From Burkholderiaceae bacterium (GTDB taxonomy: Bacteria > Pseudomonadota > Gammaproteobacteria > Burkholderiales > Burkholderiaceae_D): DNA of 64,000 nt. The notes beneath the pieces were generated by a model, which saw nothing but the letters and a program-made list of their open reading frames with translations, was not told where the DNA came from and made no database searches. The stretch lies in assembly GCA_039936235.1 (NCBI GenBank), contig JBDTIS010000141.1, positions 1,395-65,394 on the forward strand, given 5' to 3'. This document shows positions 56,793-64,000 of the stretch, in pieces (the stretch's first letter is position 1; each line of letters starts with the position of its first letter). Position numbers and translations under genes: made by a program.

Positions 56793-57031
56793 GGCGGCCG
56801 GCTGGACCGGTCGATCGTGATCAAGCGGACAAGCGACGCCGATCGGGGTCACGATACCCTGCGTCGCGACCGCGTTTCACAGGCGCGCGGCAGGGTTAGA
56901 CCCTAACGCAACTTGCAGGGCCGGATGCGAAAATTGCCAGTTGCAAAGGCGATGCGAAAGTCCGACCGGCGTCCGATCGATCCCTTCGATGAACGCATCG
57001 GCAGACACGGCGACACGGAGCGTGGGTCACC

Positions 57032-59017
57032 ATGACTGAAGGCACAGCAACCACCAGCGCGATCGCCGACGACGTAGCGACGATACCGCGACTGCTCGTC
57101 GAGCATGCGCGGGTCCGTGGCAACCGCGCGTCGATCCGCGAGAAGGACCTCGGTATCTGGCAGACCTGGACGTGGTCGCAGGTGCTGTCCGAGGTCGAGG
57201 CGCTGACCGCCGGCCTGTCGCTGCTCGGTCTCCGACGCGGTGACCATCTGGCCATCGTCGGTGACAACCGGCCGCGGCTCTACTGGTCGATGACCGCGGC
57301 ACAGGCGCTCGGCGCCGTGCCGGTGCCGCTGTACCAGGACGCGATCACCAGCGAGATGCAGTTCGTGCTGGAAGATGCCGAGGTGCGCGTCGCGTTTGCC
57401 GAAGACCAGGAGCAGGTCGACAAGCTGCTCGAGATGCTGCCGCGACTGCCGCACCTCGAGACCATCGTGTACGACGACGCGCGTGGTCTGCGACATTACG
57501 ACGCGCCGCAGCTCGTGTCCTTCGACGACGTGCAGCGCGACGGTCGCGCGCTGCTCGCGAAGGATCCGGCGTTCTTCGCGCGCGAGGTCGCAGTCGGCAA
57601 GCCCGACGACATCGCGGTGATGCTGTACACGTCGGGCACCACCAGCAAGCCGAAGGGCGTGTGCCTGACGCACCGCTCGTTCGTCGCGGTCGCGCGCGGC
57701 GCGGTCGCGTTCGACGGCTTCAACGAGCGCGACGAGGTGTTGAGCTACCTGCCGATGGCGTGGGTCGGCGACCACCTGTTCTCGTATGCCGAGGCGATGG
57801 CGGCCGGCTACTGCGTCAACTGTCCCGAGTCCGGCGATACCGTGATGACCGACCTGCGCGAGATCGGTCCCACCTACTACTTCGCACCGCCGCGGGTGTT
57901 CGAGAACCTGCTGACGCAGGTCACGATTCGCATGGACGACGCCGGTGCGATCAAGCGCGGGCTGTTCAAGTTTTTCATGGGCGTCGCGAAGCGCTGCGGC
58001 GCGGACCTGATGGACGGCCGGCCGGTGGGCCTCGGCGATCGCGTGTTGTACGCGATCGGCAATCTCGTCATCTACGGTCCGCTGCGCAACGTGCTCGGCA
58101 TGAGCCGGCTGCGCGTCGCCTACACCGGCGGGGCGGCGATCGGCCCGGACCTGTTCGGTTTCTATCGATCGATCGGCATCAACATCAAGCAGTTCTACGG
58201 TCAGACCGAGACCTGCGCGTACGTCTGCAAGCAGAAGGACGGCGAGGTCCGCCTCGACACGGTCGGCAAGCCGATGGCCGGCGTGTCGCTGCGGATCGCG
58301 GACAACGGCGAGGTGCAGATCCGGTCTCCCGGGATGCTCAAGGAGTACCACCGGCGTCCGGAAGCGACCGCCGGGGCAGTGACCGAGGACGGCTGGTTCA
58401 TGACCGGCGACGCCGGCTTCGTCGACGATCGCGGCGAGCTGAGGATCATCGATCGCGCGACGGACGTGGGTCGCCTCGCGGGCGGCGCGTACGACGGCGC
58501 GCTGTTCGCGCCGCAGTACATCGAGAACAAGCTGAAGTTCTTCCCTTACATCAAGGAGGCCGTCGCGTTCGGCAACGGCCGCGACATGTGCTGCGCGTTC
58601 ATCAACATCGACGTGACGGCCGTCGGCAACTGGGCCGAGCGCCGCAACCTGCCGTACGCCGGCTACACCGATCTGGCGCAGAAGGACGAGGTCTACCTGC
58701 TGATCCAGCAATGCATCGAGGAGGCGAACGTCACGCTGTCGCAGGACAGCGCGCTGGCGGGCTCGCAGATCCGGCGCTTCCTGATCCTGCACAAGGAGCT
58801 CGATCCCGACGACGACGAACTGACGCGCACGCGCAAGGTCCGGCGCGGATTCATCGCCGAGAAGTACGGCGTCCTGGTCGACGCGCTGTATGCCGGCAAG
58901 ACGTCCCAGTTCATCTCGACCGAGGTCAAGTTCGAGGACGGCCGGCGTGGTCGCGTCGAGGCCGACCTGAAGATCCGCGACGCGAAGACATTCGGGACTA
59001 TGGCGCATGCAGCCTGA
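57032..59017 (+). CDS. AMP-dependent acyl-CoA synthetase/ligase (long-chain type)
   Basis: The AMP-binding motif is MLYTSGTTSKPKGV. Other features are YGQTET, GWFMTGD and a long C-terminal extension. Confidence 0.9.
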   Translation: MTEGTATTSAIADDVATIPRLLVEHARVRGNRASIREKDLGIWQTWTWSQVLSEVEALTAGLSLLGLRRGDHLAIVGDNRPRLYWSMTAAQALGAVPVPLYQDAITSEMQFVLEDAEVRVAFAEDQEQVDKLLEMLPRLPHLETIVYDDARGLRHYDAPQLVSFDDVQRDGRALLAKDPAFFAREVAVGKPDDIAVMLYTSGTTSKPKGVCLTHRSFVAVARGAVAFDGFNERDEVLSYLPMAWVGDHLFSYAEAMAAGYCVNCPESGDTVMTDLREIGPTYYFAPPRVFENLLTQVTIRMDDAGAIKRGLFKFFMGVAKRCGADLMDGRPVGLGDRVLYAIGNLVIYGPLRNVLGMSRLRVAYTGGAAIGPDLFGFYRSIGINIKQFYGQTETCAYVCKQKDGEVRLDTVGKPMAGVSLRIADNGEVQIRSPGMLKEYHRRPEATAGAVTEDGWFMTGDAGFVDDRGELRIIDRATDVGRLAGGAYDGALFAPQYIENKLKFFPYIKEAVAFGNGRDMCCAFINIDVTAVGNWAERRNLPYAGYTDLAQKDEVYLLIQQCIEEANVTLSQDSALAGSQIRRFLILHKELDPDDDELTRTRKVRRGFIAEKYGVLVDALYAGKTSQFISTEVKFEDGRRGRVEADLKIRDAKTFGTMAHAA

Positions 59018-59861
59018 CCGCCTGCAGCGGGAGGTCGACCGGATGGGGGGCGGCGCGGGCGGCGGGCTGCTGCCGACCGGTGGTCGACGCATCGGCGACG
59101 TGATCCTCGCGCTCGAATCGATCTCGCTTTCGTTCGGGGGCGTGAAGGCGTTGACCGACATCTCGTTCGACGTCCGCGATCACGAGATCCGCGCGATCAT
59201 CGGGCCGAACGGCGCCGGCAAGAGCTCGATGCTCAACGTGATCAATGGCGTGTATCACCCGCAGAAGGGTCGCATCATCTTCCACGGCAGCGAGCGCAAA
59301 AATATCAAGCCGCACGAGGCCGCGCGCGAAGGCATCGCCCGCACGTTCCAGAACATCGCGCTGTTCAAGGGCATGAGCGTGCTCGACAACATCATGACCG
59401 GCCGCAATACGCTGATGCGCGGCAACTTCATCCTCGACGCGCTGCACCTGGGCTTCTCGCGCAACGAAGAGTTGCGGCATCGTCGGCATGTCGAGCAGGT
59501 CATCGACTTCCTCGAGATCCAGCACATCCGCAAGACGTCGGTGGGACGCCTGCCTTACGGGTTGCAGAAGCGCGTCGAGCTCGCACGCGCGCTGGCGGCC
59601 GAGCCGAAGATGCTGCTGCTCGACGAGCCGATGGCGGGGATGAACGTCGAAGAGAAGCAGGACATGTGTCGCTTCATCCTCGACGTCAACGACCAGTTCG
59701 GAACCACGATCGTGCTGATCGAGCACGACATGAGCGTGGTGATGGACATCTCGGATCGGGTGGTGGTGCTGGACTACGGGAAGAAGATCGGGGACGGGAC
59801 GCCCGACGAGGTGAGGCGGAATCAGGATGTGATCGATGCCTACCTGGGGGTGGTGCATTGA
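59007..59861 (+). CDS. LivG-like ABC ATP-binding protein
   Basis: ATG 59007 overlaps the ligase 3' end by 11 nt; an alternative ATG lies at 59043. Motifs are GPNGAGKSS, YGLQKRVELA and LLLDEP. Confidence 0.88.
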   Translation: MQPDRLQREVDRMGGGAGGGLLPTGGRRIGDVILALESISLSFGGVKALTDISFDVRDHEIRAIIGPNGAGKSSMLNVINGVYHPQKGRIIFHGSERKNIKPHEAAREGIARTFQNIALFKGMSVLDNIMTGRNTLMRGNFILDALHLGFSRNEELRHRRHVEQVIDFLEIQHIRKTSVGRLPYGLQKRVELARALAAEPKMLLLDEPMAGMNVEEKQDMCRFILDVNDQFGTTIVLIEHDMSVVMDISDRVVVLDYGKKIGDGTPDEVRRNQDVIDAYLGVVH

Positions 59862-59897
59862 TGGACGCGATGCTCGGCGCACCCGCTCGGTCGCGCT

Positions 59898-59999
59898 CGC
59901 TCCCCTTCACGGTGCCGGGAGCGACCGCCGGACCCATCCCCTCCTCGACCCTCCCCTCGAAGGGGAGGGGGACGACAGCCTTCCGCCTCTGGCGGAAGG
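59898..59999. repeat. Cluster of three GC-rich REP-like hairpins in an intra-operon spacer
   Basis: The three hairpins are: TCGCTCCC-12 nt-GGGAGCGA (59898-59925), CCCTCCCCT-cga-AGGGGAGGG (59949-59969) and CCTTCCGCC-tct-GGCGGAAGG (59979-59999). Confidence 0.6.
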
Positions 60000-60011
60000 A
60001 TTCATAAAGAG

Positions 60012-60905
60012 ATGCAGTTCTTCATCGAAGTCCTGATCGGCGGCCTGCTGTCGGGCGTGATGTACTCGCTTGTCGCGCTCGGCTTCGTGCTGATCTACAA
60101 GGCGTCCGGCGTATTCAATTTCGCGCAGGGCGCGATGGTCTACTTCGCCGCGCTGTCGTTCGTCGGCATCCTCGCGAAGGGCGTGCCGTTCGGCGTCGCG
60201 CTGATCCTCGCGCTGGCGATCATGATCGTCTTCGGCATCGTCACCGAACGCTTCGTGCTGCGGCCGCTGGTCAACCAGCCGCCGATCTCGCTGTTCATGG
60301 CGACCATCGGCCTCGCGTTCTTCCTCGAAGGCCTCGGGCCCTTCCTGTGGGGCAACGAGAGCCACGAGATCAAGCTCGGCATCCCCGACGAGCCGCTGCC
60401 GTTCTTCCTCGACCGCTACAACATCGCGATCTCCACCTTCGACCTCGCTGCGGCCGCCATCGCCGGCGCGCTCGTCGCGGGCCTCGCGCTGTTCTTCCAG
60501 AAGACCAAGATCGGTCGCGCGCTGCGCGCGGTCGCCGACGATCATCAGGCCGCGCTGTCGATCGGCATCCCGCTGCAGGTGATCTGGATGATCGTGTGGG
60601 GCGTCGCCGGTTTCGTCGCGCTGGTCGCCGGACTGCTATGGGGTGCACGCAACGGCGTGCAGCTCGCACTGGTGTCGGTGGTCCTCAAGGCGCTGCCGGT
60701 GCTGATCCTCGGCGGCTTCACGTCGGTACCCGGCGCGATCGTCGGCGGGCTGATCATCGGCAGCACCGAGAAGCTCGCGGAGGTGTACATCGGGCCGATG
60801 GTCGGTGGCGGGCTGGAAAGCTGGTTCCCTTACGTGCTCGCGCTGGCGTTCCTGCTGGTCCGCCCGGAAGGGCTGTTCGGCGAGCGGCATATCGATCGGG
60901 TGTGA
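60012..60905 (+). CDS. LivH-like ABC permease
   Basis: The protein is 297 aa and contains LVALGFVLIYKASGVFNFAQGAM. Confidence 0.9.
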   Translation: MQFFIEVLIGGLLSGVMYSLVALGFVLIYKASGVFNFAQGAMVYFAALSFVGILAKGVPFGVALILALAIMIVFGIVTERFVLRPLVNQPPISLFMATIGLAFFLEGLGPFLWGNESHEIKLGIPDEPLPFFLDRYNIAISTFDLAAAAIAGALVAGLALFFQKTKIGRALRAVADDHQAALSIGIPLQVIWMIVWGVAGFVALVAGLLWGARNGVQLALVSVVLKALPVLILGGFTSVPGAIVGGLIIGSTEKLAEVYIGPMVGGGLESWFPYVLALAFLLVRPEGLFGERHIDRV

Positions 60906-60939
60906 CGATGCGATTGAGCACGCGCTTCCTCGATGCCCA

Positions 60940-60961
60940 CGTTCCCGCGTACGCGGGAACG
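60940..60961. repeat. 22-nt perfect palindrome (REP-like) between the two permease genes
   Basis: The sequence is CGTTCCCGCG-TA-CGCGGGAACG. Confidence 0.7.
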
Positions 60962-60990
60962 ACGTTTCCAAACATGAGTCCGGGCTGCTG

Positions 60991-62067
60991 ATGCTCTACC
61001 GCGAAGCCGGTCAGTTCAAGACCACCTATGCCGCCGATCAGCAACTGCTGCCGATCCGCCAGGATCGCATCGCGTTCTTCGCGCTGCTCGCCGTCGTGTT
61101 CCTCGTCGTTCCGCTGTTCGTATCCGACTACTGGTTCACGGCGCTGCTGATCCCGATCCTGATCTTCTCGCTCGCGGCGATCGGCCTGAACATCCTGACC
61201 GGTTACGCGGGCCAGCTGTCGCTCGGGTCGGCCGCATTCATGGCGGTCGGCGCGTTCGCGGCGTACAACTTCGTGCTGCGCATGCCGTGGCTGCCGCAGA
61301 TCGTGTCGTTCCTGCTGGCCGGGGTCTGCGCGGCGTTGGTGGGGCTCGCGTTCGGGCTGCCGTCGGTCCGCATCAAGGGGTTCTATCTCGCGGTCGCCAC
61401 GCTGGCCGCACAGTTCTTCGTGATCTGGGCGCTTCAGAAATTTCCGTGGTTCACGAACGACAGCGCGTCGGGGGTCATCAGCGCACAGCCGGTCGTCTTC
61501 TTCGGCATCCCGATCGATTCGCCGGTGCGCAACTATGTGTTCGTGCTGGGCGTGGTCACGGTTCTCGCGCTGCTGGCGAAGAACATGGCGCGCTCGAACA
61601 CCGGCCGCAAGTGGATGGCGGTGCGCGACATGGACGTGGCCGCCGAGGTCATCGGCATCCCGCTGATGCATACCAAGCTGCAGGCGTTCGCGATCAGCTC
61701 GTTCTACTGCGGCGTGGCCGGCGCGCTGTACGCGTATTGCTACATCGGCACCGTGGAGCCGGAAGCGTTCAGCCTCGACATGTCGTTTCGCGTGCTGTTC
61801 ATGATCATCGTCGGCGGCATGGGCACGATCATGGGCGGATTCATCGGGGCGACCTTCTTCACGGTGCTGCCGATCTTCCTTTCGATCCTGATCCCCTGGA
61901 CCGCCGGGCTGCTGAACCTGTCGTTCCAGCGCGCGTCGCTGACCTACATCGAGTACATGATCTTCGGTGCGCTGATCATCTTCTTCCTGATCGTCGAGCC
62001 GCACGGACTCGCACGGCTGTGGCAGATCGGCAAGGAGAAGCTGCGCATCTGGCCGTTCCCGCACTGA
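60991..62067 (+). CDS. LivM-like ABC permease
   Basis: I use ATG 60991 (MLYREAGQFKTTY). The protein contains GYAGQLSLGSAAFMAVGAF and is multi-TM. Confidence 0.88.
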   Translation: MLYREAGQFKTTYAADQQLLPIRQDRIAFFALLAVVFLVVPLFVSDYWFTALLIPILIFSLAAIGLNILTGYAGQLSLGSAAFMAVGAFAAYNFVLRMPWLPQIVSFLLAGVCAALVGLAFGLPSVRIKGFYLAVATLAAQFFVIWALQKFPWFTNDSASGVISAQPVVFFGIPIDSPVRNYVFVLGVVTVLALLAKNMARSNTGRKWMAVRDMDVAAEVIGIPLMHTKLQAFAISSFYCGVAGALYAYCYIGTVEPEAFSLDMSFRVLFMIIVGGMGTIMGGFIGATFFTVLPIFLSILIPWTAGLLNLSFQRASLTYIEYMIFGALIIFFLIVEPHGLARLWQIGKEKLRIWPFPH

Positions 62068-62132
62068 CTGGTTTCGCCAGAACACCATTCCGGCCTCGAG
62101 CGAACGGTCGGATCATTCATCAGGAGACAGAC

Positions 62133-63473
62133 ATGTTCGACAGCAAGAGAGTCCAAGGCGTGAAGGCGCTGTGCGCCGCGGCGCTCGGCATCGCGGCACT
62201 CGTCACCAGCGCGCCGACGTTCGCGCAGGCGAACGACCAGTTCATCAGCGTGCTGTCGTTCCGCGTAGGCCCTTACGGTCCTGCCGGCGTCGGCATCTTC
62301 GGGGGCTTCATCGACTACATGACGTACATCAACGCCAAGGAAGGCGGCGTCGGTGGCGTCAAGCTGTCCTGGGAGGAGTGCGAGACCGAATACCAGGCCG
62401 CGCGCGGCGTCGAGTGCTACGAGCGCCTGAAGACCAAGAGCCCTACCAAGGGCACGTTGATCAATCCGGTGTCGACGCCGATCTCGTACGCGCTGCTCGA
62501 CAAGACGGCCGCCGACAAGGTGCCGCTGGTACAGACCGGCTACGGTCGCACCGATACGATCGACGGCCGCTACTTCCCGTGGGCCTTCCCGCTGATCACG
62601 ACCTATCCGATGCAGGCCACCGCGATCGTGAAGTACCTGTCGCAGAAGGAGAAGGGCAACCTGCGTGGCAAGAAGATCGCGTATCTGTATCTCGATTCCG
62701 CGTACGGCAAGGAGCCGATCACCTACCTGCAGGCCGAGGCCAAGGTCAACGGCTTCGAGCTGACGACCATTCCGGTCACGTCGCCGGGCACCGAGCAGGG
62801 TGCGCAGTGGCAGCAGATCCGCCAGAGTCAGGCCGACTACGTGATCTTCTGGGGCTTCGGCGTGATGAATGCCGCCGCGATGCGGGCCGCGCAGAAGATC
62901 GGCTATCCGCGGGACAAGATCATCGGTAGCTGGTGGGCGGGGTCCGAGGAGGACACGGTCCCGGCCGGCGATGCCGCGAAGGGCTACATGTCGGCCGCGA
63001 TGAACGTCTCCGGCAAGACCCCGCTGATCCTCGACATCGAGAAGACGCTGTACGGTGCCAACCCGACCGGCAACATGCAGGACCGCTCGAAGATCGGCGG
63101 CATCAACTACAACCGCGGGGTCGTCATCGGCATTCTCACGGTCGAGGCGATCCGGGTCGCGCAGGCGAAGTACGGCAAGAAGGTCATGGACGGTGAGCAG
63201 ATTCGTTGGGCGCTCGAACATCTCGACCTGTCCGATGCGCGGTTGAAGCAGCTCAACGCGACCGGACTGATGCCGACGATGAAGACCAGTTGCATGGACC
63301 ATGAAGGCTCGGGAAAGATCAAGATCCAGCAGTGGGACGGCACGAAATGGAACCTGGTCTCGGACTGGATCGAAGGCAACCGCGCGCTGGTGCGGCCGCT
63401 GCTGGAGCAGTCGGCGATCGAATATGGCAAGAGCAAGGGAATCACGCCGAGAGACTGCGCGAAGGAATCCTGA
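62133..63473 (+). CDS. Liv/HAAT-type ABC substrate-binding protein (Sec signal)
   Basis: The start is ATG 62133 with CAGGAGA upstream. The signal peptide ends at TFAQA. The protein is 446 aa. Confidence 0.88.
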   Translation: MFDSKRVQGVKALCAAALGIAALVTSAPTFAQANDQFISVLSFRVGPYGPAGVGIFGGFIDYMTYINAKEGGVGGVKLSWEECETEYQAARGVECYERLKTKSPTKGTLINPVSTPISYALLDKTAADKVPLVQTGYGRTDTIDGRYFPWAFPLITTYPMQATAIVKYLSQKEKGNLRGKKIAYLYLDSAYGKEPITYLQAEAKVNGFELTTIPVTSPGTEQGAQWQQIRQSQADYVIFWGFGVMNAAAMRAAQKIGYPRDKIIGSWWAGSEEDTVPAGDAAKGYMSAAMNVSGKTPLILDIEKTLYGANPTGNMQDRSKIGGINYNRGVVIGILTVEAIRVAQAKYGKKVMDGEQIRWALEHLDLSDARLKQLNATGLMPTMKTSCMDHEGSGKIKIQQWDGTKWNLVSDWIEGNRALVRPLLEQSAIEYGKSKGITPRDCAKES

Positions 63474-63503
63474 GCGTCTCCAGCGGGCGAAGCCCCGCCA
63501 TTC

Positions 63504-63576
63504 ATGTCATCCCGGCGCAGGCCGGCAGCTGATCAACAGAGTAGCAATCGGGCCCCGGCCTTCGCCGGGTGACATC
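63504..63576. repeat. Pair of imperfect ~21-nt inverted repeats (REP pair / MITE-like)
   Basis: The left arm is ATGTCATCCCGGCGCAGGCCGG. The reverse complement of the right arm is ATGTCACCCGGCGAAGGCCGG. The two arms are separated by 30 nt. Confidence 0.55.
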
Positions 63577-63581
63577 ACAAG

Positions 63582-64000
63582 ATGGCCGCACTGCCCCTGC
63601 AAACCGCCCCCATCCCCGCGCCGCTCCTCGCGGTGAATAACATCGAGGTCATCTACGACCACGTGATCCTCGTGCTGAAGGGCGTCTCGCTGACGGTGCC
63701 GAAAGGAAAGATCGTCGCGCTGCTGGGCGCCAACGGCGCCGGCAAGACCACCACGCTGAAGGCGATCTCCAACCTGCTGCGCGCCGAGCGCGGCGACGTC
63801 ACGAAAGGCTCGATCACGTTCGAAGGCGACCGCGTCGACCGCCTCACGCCGAACGACCTCGTCCGGCGCGGCGTGATCCAGGTCATGGAAGGCCGTCACT
63901 GCTTCGCCCATCTGACGATCGAGGAGAACCTGCTGACCGGCGCCTACACGCAACGCATCGGACGCGCCGCGCTCGCCGAACAGCTCGAACGCGTCTACGC
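63582..64000 (+). CDS. LivF-like ABC ATP-binding protein, 5' partial (runs off the window)
   Basis: This ORF is absent from the track because it has no stop within the window. From ATG 63582 it reads MAALPLQ...LLAVNNIEVIYDHVILVLKGVSLTVPKGKIVALLGANGAGKTTTLKAIS... with no stop through 64000. Confidence 0.85.
   Translation, partial: MAALPLQTAPIPAPLLAVNNIEVIYDHVILVLKGVSLTVPKGKIVALLGANGAGKTTTLKAISNLLRAERGDVTKGSITFEGDRVDRLTPNDLVRRGVIQVMEGRHCFAHLTIEENLLTGAYTQRIGRAALAEQLERVY

Noticed and set aside
56930-56950. Sigma-54 promoter suggested by the TTGCA motifs upstream of the ligase
   Set aside because: There is no TGGCAC-N5-TTGC arrangement (GG and GC are not 10 nt apart). The TTGCA elements are better explained as part of a tandem direct repeat.
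56903-59161. 752-aa minus-strand ORF antisense to the acyl-CoA ligase
   Set aside because: It is a shadow ORF. The ligase on the plus strand carries the AMP-binding signature.
1-64000. Genomic island, prophage or mobile element
   Set aside because: I found no integrase, transposase, recombinase, tRNA attachment site or phage structural gene. By eye, composition is uniformly GC-rich. Only small-scale decay is visible (the Hpt and RraA remnants, plus vapBC).

Overview
This is a 64-kb, strongly GC-rich, gene-dense chromosomal segment. It looks betaproteobacterial, based on a Burkholderia-type porin, a fused IcmF mutase and REP hairpins that translate as VIPAQAG; the taxon is inference only. I can support about 55 protein-coding genes, 2 gene remnants, 2 hairpin terminators, several operator-like repeats and a set of REP-like hairpin repeats. 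I recognise no rRNA, tRNA, CRISPR array, transposase, integrase or phage gene. Gene content from left to right: (i) a five-gene, translationally coupled signalling operon (CHASE3/GAF hybrid kinase with three receivers, CheR, receiver-less CheB, REC-kinase, REC protein) with no MCP, CheA or CheW in the window; (ii) a molybdate locus in which modE-like/modB/modC lie divergent from modA, with two Mo-box-like dyads between them; (iii) a porin, an MFS transporter, an orphan PEP-CTERM protein and PPK2; (iv) a 1165-aa multi-pass membrane protein that I cannot assign, with a ~620-aa predicted periplasmic domain, followed by icmF; (v) housekeeping and detoxification genes (LysM lipoprotein, PQQ sugar dehydrogenase, DSD1-type PLP enzyme, DsbA-like protein, vapBC, GSTs, VOC proteins, FNT channel, thioredoxin-like protein); (vi) a BCCP-carboxyltransferase fusion, MscS and a TAXI-TRAP transporter with DUF1850; (vii) an AKR, DUF2855, a phzF-GST-MFS triad, an SDR and an EamA transporter; (viii) an acyl-CoA dehydrogenase plus a PD-(D/E)XK-like hypothetical gene, divergent from TetR and acyl-CoA carboxylase beta/alpha; (ix) two Liv/HAAT-type ABC importers around an acyl-CoA ligase. 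Most long extra ORFs in the track are antisense or out-of-frame shadows typical of high-GC DNA. The most interesting unexplained items are the giant membrane protein (14505-18002), the MCP-less CheR/CheB phosphorelay with a heptad Glx-rich coil, the BCCP-CT fusion and the nuclease-fold orphan at 45788-46603. None can be called novel without database searches, which I cannot run.
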